DNA from: Eledone cirrhosa
Taxonomy: Eukaryota
Assembly: GCA_964016885.1 (NCBI GenBank)
Contig: OZ024747.1
Coordinates: forward strand, 70,804,001-70,868,000
Direction of reading: 5' to 3'
Length of the DNA stretch: 64,000 bases
Shown here piece by piece: positions 12,871 to 25,654 of this stretch (the first letter of the stretch is position 1; each line of letters begins with the position of its first letter). The translations under genes and the position numbers were made by a program. The notes beneath the pieces are model-generated. The model was not told the DNA's origin, searched no databases, and saw only the letters and a list, made by a program, of their open reading frames with translations.

Positions 12871-13342
12871 TAATTTTGTTTTAATTATGCATAATGTTAG
12901 TGTGGTTACTAAACACTAGGTCCAAAATATTCTTCTGATATATTGTTGGTGCCAGGAAAGTTGGGACAAGAAAAGCTCATTCATAAAGTCCAGAAGTCAA
13001 TCTGTATCAATCTGGCCCAACTCTGAAATCAAAAGCTCGTTGGACTTCTGTTAGGGTACAATACCAATATACCTACTGTTAGTACAACACCAATATACTT
13101 ACTGGAAACTACGAGTACCAGTCTACCCACCCGGCCAGTGGGATGGCGTTATCTTATGGCTAAAACAGCACGACATGCTGTGACCAGCGGCGCCGATTGG
13201 TGCCCGACAGACTGGTCGGTCCAGGTGATCAAGGTGATATATATATATACATATATATATATCAAAAGATTGTATTGAGTTAGAAACTCAAAATAGTCTC
13301 ATTACAGTAAATTAGCTCTAGGAAAAAGGCTTTTCCGAGCCG

Positions 13343-13718
13343 TATATAACTGAACAAAAAGGAAAAACAAATACAGTCATATATATATTTGTGTTCAAAT
13401 GGTAATGGACCAAATTCGCTAAGGTGAAAAAAATACTAACTACAGACAATAGGGTTTGCTGGACTCAATTTAAGAACAAATTAAGAAAAATAAATACAAA
13501 CCAGTATTGTGGTAACTACCATCACCCAGACGGTCTTTGATATAACCGTTTCGCAATATTATTTGTGAAGAGAAATACCAAATTCCAGGCTCATCAGTGG
13601 GTGTTGAAATTAGTATACTCCTCACTTCTACTTCTAAATCAAATAGCAATTTTGGTCCATTACGATTTGAACACAAATATATGTGTTGTTCGTATTTTCC
13701 TTTTTGTTCAGTTACATA
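13343..13718. mobile_element. Small inverted-repeat element (about 75-bp arms) between (TA)n tracts, enclosing a hammerhead ribozyme
   Basis: 13343-13420 (TATATAACTGAACAAAAAGGAAAA...TTGTGTTCAAATGGTAATGGACCAAA) is an imperfect reverse complement of 13645-13718. Confidence 0.75.
13519..13607 (-). ncRNA. Type I hammerhead ribozyme (canonical core)
   Basis: Minus strand: CACCCA-CTGATGA-GC...GC-GAAA-CGGT-tatatcaaag-ACCG-TC-TGGGTG. Stem I is CACCCA/TGGGTG, stem III is ACGGT/ACCGT, and the cleavage triplet is GUC. Confidence 0.85.
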
Positions 13719-13729
13719 TATATATATAT

Positions 13730-13771
<42 letters not shown>

Positions 13772-14169
13772 TTTCTCTTCATGCATTTCACCTATATTCC
13801 TGTGTGATGTGAATAGCAGAGTGAATATTTGTCTTAACTTTGAAACTTTTAGGCTTTATGCATGTCAAAAGAAGTCAATAGGAAACTATTCAGTCAATAC
13901 TCAATGGTTTACTTTGATAGCTAGAGATAGTTACATTCATACTCTACTTTTATCAATCTCTTATAGTACCATTTCCAGGCTTCTTTCTATGGTAAGTGCA
14001 CCAGTATAATTTCTAACATTTTCCCCAACAACATCTCCCTTTACATGAACACAGCCTTGCAAAGTAGATCACTTCATGTCTCTGATCCTCATGTCTCACA
14101 CTTTCTTTTTTCAGCCCCTGTCTGAGCTGTGTATATCAGTCATTTAGCTTTTCTCTTAGATACCTGGTA

Positions 14170-14985
14170 CTGGTCTCTGCTACCCCTATTTTTTCAGCCC
14201 TTCCTTGTCTGTCTCTTGGCAATAATTGCTCTAGCCACTGTGCTGAACCACCACCAGGTCACCCTCTGTCTGGCTGGTGTTTTACTCTAGCCACATGTAG
14301 TTTGCAAAATGTTGTCATGTAGGAATTTCCAGTTGTCCTCTATGTTATATATACCTAGTTCATTACCCCTCTCATCTACTGCATTCTGTAGGGCTTTTCT
14401 AAACCTATATCTAAATGAAAGGTCCTTTAGCTTCTACCCCCTCCATCTCCCTATTTTTCTGTCTATCTTGTTCTGTTTTGGTCTGTGTTTATTTTGATGT
14501 CTCGAATAACTAACTTGTGGTGGGCAGTGCATTCTTCCCCAGGGAAGGCCTTAGTGTTTATTACAGTCTGTTTATCTCGTCTTTTGAGTAAGTAATCAAT
14601 TTACCTTGTGTGTTTGCCTGATTTATATGAGATCAGGTGGCTGGCTTGGTTCCTGAAATTTGTGTTGCAAATGTTTAGTTCATTCACATCACATAATTCC
14701 AGGAGCCTCAATCCCTCTTCATTTGTTGAGCTATAACCATAGCTGCCACGAACTCCACATACTCCATCCTGGTATTGCTCCACATATCCACTGATGTCAT
14801 CTGCCAGGATGATGAGGTCTCTTTCATCAGTACATGATGTTGTCTGGAAAAGTGATTAGTCTCGTTGAGGCACCCCTGCCCCCATCTCACTCTTGTACAT
14901 AGTCTCTTCTCTCTAGCTGTTTCATAATTTCACCTCATTTAACTTTCAGGGTTCCAATATTGAGAGTGGCAGTCCTGAGAATTTT
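14170..14985 (-). pseudogene. Decayed RTE LINE endonuclease region, related to the intact copy at 80-3199
   Basis: GYSSTNEEGLRLLELCDVNELNICNTNFRNQASHLISYKSG aligns by eye with GVGTRNEEGFRLLEFCDANDMSICNTNFKKPDNHLITYRSG. Confidence 0.88.
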
Positions 14986-16559
14986 ACCTAGACAGTTGCT
15001 ACTTCCTTGAGTAGAAATTCTATGTCCCTGAAAGGGACACAGAATTTTGGAAAGTCAATTAATAATATTGAAAAAAGTAGATAACAGCTTAGTGAGAGAA
15101 CTGAAAAGAATACAAATTTTGCTTGAAAGGTTCTTTATTTCCAAAAGAGTTGTTATTCCAGGGATATATTGTTTTTTTCTCTCTTCCTATCTTCAAATTT
15201 CTAAAGGAGCTGTTTGATGCAGCAGAAAAGAATTCTGGGATAAGCAATGAACCATAAATTATTTGATTCTTAGAAGCTTAGCATTCAGGTTGAACAAAAT
15301 AGTAATTCTTCTGAATCTGTCGGTATTTATAGTTGGAGACAAATTCTATTTGAATAGACTGTTTATTTCTTGGCTATTAGTAAAAAGAATGTATGAAAAC
15401 GAAGATGCCAGATCGAAGAAAAGGTCAGGCAAATGAAGATATTCATATTTTAAAGATAATCTTGATAATTGCTGATGTAGGTTGATTGCAATATGGAAAA
15501 CAATTTCCATTAGTTTCTTTAAATGTCAGATATAGGGCTTGAAACAGTAAGATTATTATGTAGCAGTCGGTACTGTAGATTGCAGTTAATCTCCACACTT
15601 AATAGATAACAGAAGAGGTCTAGTAGTAGTAACTAGGTGCAGTGATTCTAAGATCAATTCCATAGGGCAACATCTTGGGAGACAATTTCCTTTTAACATA
15701 ACCCTGAGTTGCCTAATGCTTTATAACAGGAATTTAATTGAAAGAAATGGGGCAAAAGCACTCATTGTATATGTGTATATTCTTATCATAATCCTATTTA
15801 AATCCATATTTTCCATGCTAGTATAAGTTAGATAAGTCTTTTGAGGGATGTTTTCAATGACCAGAGACCCTTCCTGATGACAACCCACATGGAAATTCAT
15901 ATATATAGCATATACTGATCCTCTTCAATTAATATCATTGATTTATGTGCCATTGCAGAATGAATTGATGATTTAAACACACATGCATGCACACACACAC
16001 AGACAAATGATAGACTTTTTACAATTTCAAGCTACCCAATTAGAAGACAGTTTGTCCAAAAAACGTCATATATATAAAATGGATGTCTTCACAGCAACTG
16101 TGTATGTATATATATATATATATATATATATTATTAATAACGTTAGGTTATAGGGGACATTGAGTTCTGTTCTATTCCAAAGGTTTCTGAAATAAACTGA
16201 TACAATTTCATTTATGTGGTTTGTTAAAAACCTGACATCCTTCTATTGCACTCCCCTATAGAACAGATAAAAGTAAAATAAATTAAAGTAAAAACATAAA
16301 AGATAATTATGTTTAAGGTAAGTTTCTAGGAAAGAGTAGATAAGAATAACCATATTTAAATTAGTTAAGTTGCATGATGGATACATTATGTTGTTGCAGA
16401 AATACTAAATACAAATTTGGTAACTACACTCCTGAATTTGAGATATCATGCATGTCAAATTTGCTTGGCATTTCTAAATAAAAAAAAGACATATAGAAGT
16501 TGTTAATAAGATATGGAGTGTTGTAACAGGGAGATACAGTGACTCCGTAGTGTTTGTGC

Positions 16560-16740
16560 CATGTTATGTTGGTGTCTTAATACAATGCACTCTGTAAAGT
16601 GGTTGATGATAGAAAAATATTCTAACTAGAGAAAATTTGCCAAACAAAGGGTTGACCAGGCTTTTTAGTTGTGGCTAAGATATGATAACCTCACTAGTGC
16701 TGGTCGCATGATAAAATGCACCTAGTACACTCTTTAGAAT
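16560..16740 (+). mobile_element. Decayed RTE 3' tail or RTE-dependent SINE tail
   Basis: TGGTCGCATGATAAAATGCACCTAGTACACTC resembles the reverse complement of window positions 1-32 (RTE 3' UTR). Confidence 0.45.
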
Positions 16741-18886
16741 GCATGAGTATGTGTGAGATGTGGATTCTGGTCCATCTGTATGTGTTTCGTAGCTCTGACT
16801 AAGTACTGACTTGGTCTTTGATGACACATTTAACCCTTGTTAGCAGGGAAAATATACATTTAATGGTGTTGATGATGATGATGATTGGAAGGTGAAGGTT
16901 GACAAGGATGACGACGATGATGATTATGATGATAGTCACTGACTTATTCTTGCATGGAAATTTGGGATTAAAACTCAAATTAAACAAGGGAAAACATTCA
17001 ACAACTAAATTATGTTTATTTTTCACATTTATTGATTTTTGGTCAGGTCTAGTGTAATTTTAATATGTTCTGTCTTAGTTGCAAATAACCATATGGCTTC
17101 TTTACAGATATCTGATTTAACTGTAGATTCAAATATGTAGAAAAGACACTGAATGTGACTGATATATTATAGTGATTATTAACTAAATTTCATATGAAAT
17201 ATTATATATAAATTTTCATTTAAAGTTAACAATATATCCATAGATGAAATTCATTCTCTAAGCCATTGTAAGGTGTCGCTCAACACAATTTCAATTGTGA
17301 CTATATAGGTAGTGTAAAACATGAAGCTAAATGTATCACCATCAGTTTTGACGATGAGGGTTACATTTTTGCTTACTTATGAAATTAAGATATAAATACT
17401 TGCATCCTTTACATAATTCTCAGAGAGGTTCATCAGGACACAGTGTGTGATAATGCCTGCCCATTGAATTATAGGTCCAGTCCATTCGACAGGTTTCCAA
17501 ACTGCTTCTGTCCACACCATGTTAATCACAAGGCTTGAGTTTTATGTGGTGTTATAATATTATTATAGTGAATTATAACTGAAGTATGATGATGGAAATT
17601 ATGGGTAACAGTTTTAGTCGATTAAGTCAACCCCTATACTTGGTTGGTATATATTTTTTTTATTAATCTTATACTATACAAAGAAAACATCTATGGCATG
17701 GGAATTCAGAAAATAAACAACATAAGTGTATACAAGCTTTAGTCAAGTATTCTTCTGATGCTGCCAATGCTAATAGTTATACTAATATTTATTGAATATA
17801 ATGCTAACAATTTACATCTACATTGTTTCTATCTAGCATATTTTCCACACCTATTATTAATCAAATGATACCATGATTTAAACATCTAATGTTTAATAGG
17901 AATAATTAAACTATAAATTTCAACATAGTCTTTTCCTTCAAACACACCCTATTATTTTATTAAAGAATGGCCACATTGGATAATGTTGTACAAAATTCGC
18001 TATAATCTAAAAAAGATGATATAATTGTCACAGAATACATTTGATCTTAGCTCTGCTCAGCTGCAGTTGATCTGGGACTTAATACAAAAAGCACATTAGT
18101 GATACCACAGATGGTGAGTAAATTTTTACTAGATGCCTAATCTGCTCATCAATGTAACAGCTAAAACATGCATGAAAAATATTCCCAATTTAAAATATGA
18201 ATCTTATCTTTTTGGCCTATGGAAATCATATAGAAAAACAAAAATGACAGTGATCTGGTTGTATTGAGCCGATGAAAGTTATTCAAGAACAACTAGCAAT
18301 GGCTTTGCAAGTCGAGACTGTGGCACTGGTGTCTATCATGGTACTATTTATGAAAATCTTTTAGTAATCTTAGATATAATATAAAGCTATACGTAACATT
18401 TGTTTCTTGCTTAATGTAAAGTGTTTCCATTGTAATGGTGATAGTTTGAAGAAATCTTATTTTGGAAGAATTACTTCTAAGCTGATTTAATTCAATCCTA
18501 AAATGGCTGCAATTGTTAGTTTTCATTTTCAGAATTCCTGATTAAATCTGCTCATGGTCAAACATATACTCAGTACTTTAGTAATAAATATGACAATCTT
18601 CTGTTATCCTATTTTGACTTTTATTAAGCACATGGATTCATTAATAATTGAAATTCTGTTATTTGTTTTTCAATTAGGAGGAATATAATTACGTGTACAT
18701 ATTTCTGATTATGTATGCGTGTTTTAAGTGCATTCTTCTAGATGATGATAGCAGGGAATGAGAGTTTTGTCCATAATGCAGTGATTCAAGAAAGAAAGAC
18801 AGTTGATTGGGTAGCACATTGGAATACTAGCCTACAGATTATTGTTTCAAATCTACTTTAGGTATATGGTTGTGTTCTTGATATTT

Positions 18887-18923
<37 letters not shown>

Positions 18924-19062
18924 AAATTGTCAATGAGAATGGTAGAGGTCAATATGTTTTTATTATTATTATTATTATTGATACTCTTCGCCCAAGAGCA
19001 TCGAGTGCTCAGCTTGGCATACCTCACGTGAACGCAATTCAATTACACCTCCATTACCTACT

Positions 19063-19093
<31 letters not shown>

Positions 19094-19114
19094 GTCTGTG
19101 TGTGTGTGTGTGTG

Positions 19115-19658
19115 TACAAATGGCTAGCGAATTTGAAAATTAGGTAGTAACATGTGCTTATGCCGTATTTGACTAAATAGAGTTAGTATGTTAGTTGGGA
19201 TTTTAAAAAAACCTCTCTGAATGGAAGAAAAAAAGGATGAGTATTGACGTACATGGAAGACGAACCTACATCTTTGGTTTGTCGCCCCAATGTGTTACCA
19301 TTACACCAACACACCACCCATGCTACCTTCCAATTAGAAGCTATATAATCGTAGCAGGTATATATATATATGTTTATAAATATGGAGACACGATACAGGC
19401 TTTGTTTACAAACGGTTAGCGAATTTGAAAATTAAGTAGGAACATGTGCTTACGCCGTATTTGACTAAATAGAATTAGTCTGTTAGTTGGGATTTTAAAA
19501 AACCCCTCTGATTAGAAAAAAAGGATGAGTATCGACGTATATGGGACATGAACCCACATTCTATTTAGTCAAATACGGCGTAAGAATGTGTTACTACCTA
19601 CTTTTCAAATTCCCTAGCCGTTTGTAAGTAAAGCCTGCTTTGTGTCTCCCTATTTATA
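19115..19658. repeat. Direct-plus-inverted repeat unit between microsatellites
   Basis: 19115-19271 is repeated at 19407-19559. 19559-19658 is the reverse complement of about 19375-19473. Confidence 0.85.
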
Positions 19659-19793
19659 CACACAAATATATATATATATAAACACACTCAAACGAACAAA
19701 TATGTGCCCTTATATTAATTGCATTCTTATATAAACATACAGACACATATACACACAGAAAAATGTACGCACGCATTTATAGACGTATATATA

Positions 19794-19839
<46 letters not shown>

Positions 19840-19845
19840 TTTGTG

Positions 19846-19884
<39 letters not shown>

Positions 19885-20598
19885 ATGTATATATGTGTGT
19901 GCGTGCGTATATATACATACACATGTATATACATGTACATACATACGCTCATATAATATCTGTGTTTATTTTCTTATATACAATATGAAGACAAATAACT
20001 TTCAGGCTCAAAAACTATTTTAGAATATAAGTATTTAGGTTAATTTAGTTATAAGATTTTATCAATTTCTTCTAGACGTAAACCATCGAAGCATTTTCAA
20101 TTTTGTTAGCGTTTTCTCATCATTTCTGATTTAATGAGAGCTTTTCTGGATCACCCCTAATGGAACAAAACGATGGACAGAAGAGCAAGGCTATGCGCTT
20201 CATATCTTAGCAATTACTTAAATTGAATCTGTTTGAAAAGCTCAAGTAGATAATAAGAATTTTGGCGAAACTCTTGAAAAATACCAATTTCTCATCATTC
20301 TACATTGTATCTTTAAAGCACGGATTTTCCGGGCAAACTTTTTAGATAATCAAACTGAACAACAATAGTTGAACAACATCATTTATATTTGAGACAAAAA
20401 GATGCGTAGTTTTATAGCTAGTGGCACAATGAAAAACGTCTATTATGTTTCAGATATGTGTGCAAGCGATCGACACATGTGTGTAGCTGTGTATCTTTGC
20501 TTCTATTTTAAGATCAATTGTAGCATTCTGATATCGTTTTGTTAGCCGGTAAGATGCTTTCCAAAAAGAGATAAGTATGTGTTCGATTAAAATCGTAC

Positions 20599-20629
<31 letters not shown>

Positions 20630-20631
20630 TT

Positions 20632-20672
<41 letters not shown>

Positions 20673-20705
20673 TTAAAAGAATAGAGGTGTAACACACAAG
20701 TTATG

Positions 20706-22433
20706 ATATATTGGTAAACGGAAATGGAATAGAAAATGCTAACAAATTGTTCACAGTGAAAAATAGTTTAATTAGGAATAAGTGAAAATTAGTAATAGTA
20801 TTGGTTAGTATTCAGTTTTGGTTTTAAGTTTTACCGGTTGCGCATTTCTAATGCTTTTCAAAAATAATTTTGAGATAGAGCGTCCTTGATGTTTGCTCTG
20901 ATCTGATTAGTTTTGGGAATTCTACCTGATTTTATGTTTAAAAAGTGGCTCCAGCGGTATTAAAATAAGTTTTGCGCCAATTCGTGTTGCAAAAATTCTT
21001 GTGGTCAAAACAATTTTGATTGGTCGGTAGAGGTCATGTGAATGTAAAAAATTGATTTTGCGGCTGACTGAGAAATAAGTCTTTCACAACAAATATGTAT
21101 GTGTGTGTAAGTAGCAGGTGTTTTTATTGGAGACTATAGTACAGATTCTCTTGGCTAAGTTGTAAGGAATATTAATTTTAACGTGTCTAGGGTGGCAAGA
21201 GTTGAAAGGAAGATATTGCTTGGAGTCTGTGGGCTTATAGTATATGTCTGTTTCTATTTTTTTGTTATGGATCTTAATGAGGATGTCGAGGAAGTGGAGT
21301 TGTTGATGGCTGTATTCCATCGTGAAGTTAATATTCGTGTTGAGCCCATTTATAAGGGTGTGAAATTCTTTAAGTTTCTCGATGTTTTCGTGCCAAAGGA
21401 TGAAGCAGTCATCTAGATATCGCTTCCAGTTCCTTTCTATGTGTAAGTGGAGAGTGTTTCCAAATTTGTTTAGGACTTTAGTGTAGAGGGTGATTTCCAG
21501 GTATCCCATGACTAGGTTGGCATAAGTGGGGGCTGTTTTCGTTCCCATAGCGGTCCCAGATTTCTGCCTGTAGGGTTTGTTATTGAAAACGAAGTAATTG
21601 TTCTCCAAGATAAATTTGAGTCCCTCTATCACGAATTCTTTTTTGATGCGTTGTGGGAGTTCATTGTGGTAATTATCCAGCAAGAATTGGATAGCTTCTA
21701 TTCCTAGGTTGTGGGGGATGTTGGAGTATAGGTTGACTACATCTAACGTCACTAGTAGGGTTTGTTCAGAAAGTGGCATATTAGGGAGGTGATTGAGCAT
21801 ATCTAGGTCGTCCCTTATATAGCTTTTGATGTTTTTGAGAAAAGGCTTGAGAAGGGTATCAATGAAGTTGCTAAGGCGGTGGGTTTCGCAAGTGGGACCT
21901 GCTATTATAGGTCTTAATTTGAGATCATTGGGTGAGGGGACATTGATGACTATGTCTATGGCTTCCTTGCATGCCTTACTTATTAATTCGCTTTTATGTA
22001 CTTTAGGGATACCGTAGAAAAGGCTGGATTTACTTGTGAAGTCTGTGAATTCCCCTTGCAGTACGTACAATCTGGACACACTCCAGATACATATTTGTGC
22101 ACAGGTATAGAATTTCTGGACACACTCCAGATACATGTGTACAATTTGTGCACAGGTATACAATTTCTGGACACACTCCAGATGCATATTTGTGCACAGG
22201 TATTCCAATACGGCAAGGCCTAATGGATCCCCCTTGCAGTACGTACAATCTGGACACACACACACACACCTTGGTATTATTCCAATACTATATATCATTT
22301 CACACCTTTTATTATTAAGGTTTTTGATGTTCTATTGAGAGAATCGATTTTACTGAAAATATCGAATAATGTACACCATTTTACCAGAAATAAATACCCC
22401 CCACACACACACACACATTCTCTCTCACACACA

Positions 22434-22464
<31 letters not shown>

Positions 22465-23091
22465 TTCTCCGTATAAGACAAGAGCTAAAAAATATCTTTT
22501 AACATGTTAAAATATCCCCCACACACTTACAGACACATTCCTACTGACCACGAATTACTCTGCTACACACACACACACACACACTTGTCTTAATAGGCAT
22601 TTGAACTGTCAACAGGCTGCGGTTCGCACACACATCCCTGCTGACCATTATCACAACAACGAACCTCTTTACTACTACTACTACACACACACACACATAT
22701 TTGTTGTGAAAGACTTATTTCTCAGTCAGCCGACACAAACCTACATTTGGCGCGAAATCAATTTTTTACATTCACATGACCTCTACCGACCAATCAAAAT
22801 TGTTTTGACCACAAGAATTTTTGCAACACGAATTGGCGCAAAACTTATTTTAATACCGCTGGAGCCACTTTTTAAACATAAAAACAGGTAGAATTCCTAA
22901 AACTAATCAGATCAGAGCAAACATCACGGACGTTCTTTCTCAAAATTAGTTTTGAAAAGCATTAGAAATGCGCAACCGTAAAACTTAAAACCAAAACTGA
23001 ATACTAACCATTACTATTACTAATTCTCACTTATTCCTAATTAAACTATTTTTCACTGTGAACAATTTGTCAGCATTTTCTATTCCGTTTA

Positions 23092-23100
<9 letters not shown>
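20706..23100. mobile_element. 2.4-kb fold-back element with about 400-bp inverted repeats, flanked by (TA)n
   Basis: 20706-21114 is the reverse complement of about 22678-23100, with scattered mismatches and a roughly 20-bp indel. Confidence 0.88.
21118..22050 (-). pseudogene. Penelope-like element reverse transcriptase fragment (open frame, no GIY-YIG endonuclease)
   Basis: FYGIPKVHK, LRPIIAG, VTLDVVNLYSNIP, QKSGTAMGTKTAPTYANLVM, KRYLDDCF, FLDILI, DIYYKPT, SCHPRHVKINIP. Confidence 0.93.
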
Positions 23101-23144
<44 letters not shown>

Positions 23145-23211
23145 ATGTGTGTGTGTGTGTGTGTGCGTGTGTGTATAAATATATATATGTTCATATTCAT
23201 TTTATTAAATT

Positions 23212-23296
23212 TGGAGTTTTACCTGTTTATCACAGGGTCATCAGACAAGAACATCTGATGACCCTGTGATAAACAGGTGAAACCCCAGAGTAACGT
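23212..23296. ncRNA. Short palindrome with a degenerate hammerhead core in each arm
   Basis: Arms 23212-23245 and 23254-23287. Plus strand: ACAT-CTGATGA-C-CCTG-tgataaa-CAGG-T-GAAA-CCCCAGAG-TA-ACGT. Confidence 0.55.
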
Positions 23297-23309
23297 GACT
23301 CACTATTTA

Positions 23310-23684
23310 TCTCCTTATAATATATAACCAGCAATTTCTCTGTCTGTCTGTCCGACAGTGGAAACACGTGCGCGCGTGCGAATGTTTTTTGCGCACGCGT
23401 AGAGAGAGAGTGAGAGTGAAAGAAAGAGACAGACTACAAGAGAGGGATAGCGGGAGGGAGAGAGGAGTGCTACAGAAACATATATACATTTCTGTGTGTG
23501 TGTAATATATATATATACACACACAGAAATATAAATATATATACACACAGAAATATATATACATTTCTGTGTGTGTAATATATATATATATATATACACA
23601 CACAGAAATATATATACATTTCTGTGTGTGTAATATATATATATATACTAGCAGAAAACCCCACGGTGGGCGGTTTTCTGCTAG
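23310..23684 (+). mobile_element. Non-autonomous Helitron (copy A)
   Basis: Starts A|TCTCCTTATAATATATAA with a subterminal (CTGT)n. Ends with a CCCAC-G-GTGGG palindrome, 10 nt, then CTAG. Confidence 0.65.
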
Positions 23685-23989
23685 TCTATATATCTAAAAC
23701 AGAGAACGTCTGTCTGTCTGTCAGCTACCTAAAACTCGAGAACCACCCAACCGACTTTTTTCAAACTTTAGACATGTAATACTTATGGTCCTGTGAGTGT
23801 TTTGAGAAAAATAAAATTCAAATTTTCAATGCCCTAGGAACCGCATTAGGCGATTTAGCGATCTCTCTCTATAATTCTTAGTCTTTCTTTTGAGATAGAT
23901 ACATAGATATAACGTTGCGCCCTTATAATATCTGTCTGTATGTCTGGGTGTCTGCATTTCGACATTATGACGCTGTGTGTGTGTGTATA

Positions 23990-24036
<47 letters not shown>

Positions 24037-24505
24037 TGTGTATATATATATAATACACACACTATATATACATACACACACACACACAGCGTCATAATGT
24101 CGTAATGCAGTCAGCCAGACATACAGACAGATTTTATAAGGGCGCAACGTTATATAAAGAAAGACTAAGAATTATAGAGAGAGATCGCTAAATCGCCTAA
24201 TGCGGTCCCTAGCGCATTGAAAATTTGAATTTTATTTTTCTCAAAACACTTACAGGGCCATAAGTATTACATGTGTAAAGTTTGAAAACAATCGGTTCCG
24301 TTAAGGGTGAAAGCAGCGATTCTTTGCTTAAACTTTAATCTGTTATTTTAATATATATATATATTCGTGTACAGATATTTTTGCATACACAATAACAAAA
24401 TATAAACAAACGTATTTATTTCACGAGGCTCGATAAGGATACATATATATCAAATATATAAGAACCCTAGAGCAAATCCCGAGCAACGCCGGGCCATTCT
24501 GCTAG
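23685..24505 (+). mobile_element. Non-autonomous Helitron (copy B) with a large internal palindrome
   Basis: 5' TCTATATATCTAAAA...GTCTGTCTGTCTGTC. 3' hairpin CCCGAGCAACGCCGGG, then CCATTCTG-CTAG|T. Confidence 0.82.
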
Positions 24506-24519
24506 TCTATAATAAAATG

Positions 24520-24566
<47 letters not shown>

Positions 24567-25654
24567 TTGATAAAGTGTGGTTAGGTTGTTGGACTCGCTA
24601 TTCACAGATCGGGTGGTGCATTGGATTCTTAAACAAGACGCTTGATTTCACGTTGTTCAAGTCTACTGAGCTGAAAATAAATAGTATATACAGATGTGGA
24701 AGAAATGTGCATTTTAAACGGATAAATTCTGTATTGTTTGTGTACAGATAATAATTCATATTATTAGTCAGTTGCTTAATGTCCAATTAAATAAATAATT
24801 GAATTATCCATCACCGTTGCTACTAATAATATGCAAATTGATATCCCTAGTTCACTGTTACTCCCGTAATTGAGATGTTTATAAAGCCTTTAATTACGTA
24901 TTTGTGGGGTAGGGTGAAGCGAGAGATAGCTTCTGAAGGTATTTCCAACAAGAATTAAAACTCAGCTTCAGGAGCGGTGAAGCAATCGTGAATTGGTCAA
25001 TTTAGTTGTAGTGATTAGTTTAGCTCTTTGCACTCTAAAATGGTCAGAAAACTTCGATATGCGATAAACATAACATGTACATAAATTGTAGTGCATATCC
25101 AAATAGATGTGTGTTTTGGTAATTTGAGGAGAAAAATATAATTATTGGGGGAAGGTCATGAATAATCGTCGTCCCTTCCTCTTATTAATTATTCAGGTTT
25201 TTCCAAACTCACCTCCCCGCCGTTTTTACCCCCACCCCCGACACACATTTATTAAGTTTTGCTAATCTATCTCCAGCGAAATTTTATTGTGATTCATATT
25301 GATACAGCAATTGGAGAATCTAATAATAATTTTATTTTACATTTAAAAAAATTATATATGACAAAAAAAGAACATCACAAGAAATCCCATATTTATGAAC
25401 ACACACTATACAATTACCGACTACCTTCCCCCGCTTATAAGAATTTAAACAAATGTCCACCCTCCTGCTTGTTGTAACCCCGCCTATTATTTAGGACCCG
25501 AAAGTACTACCCAACTTTCCTCCTCTCTATCACACAAAACTCTCTTTTAATACCCCCGTCTACCACAACATTTCTCTCTTATACCTCTCTCTATATCTAA
25601 CATCAACATGCTCTTCTCCTCTCTATAAATATCTACACTTATCACTCGAACTAG

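Noticed and set aside
22051-22298. Cys-rich N-terminus of the 404-aa ORF as a zinc-finger domain
   Set aside because: Derived from short tandem DNA repeats (TCTGGACACACTCCAGAT...TTTGTGCACAGGTA) and (CA)n.
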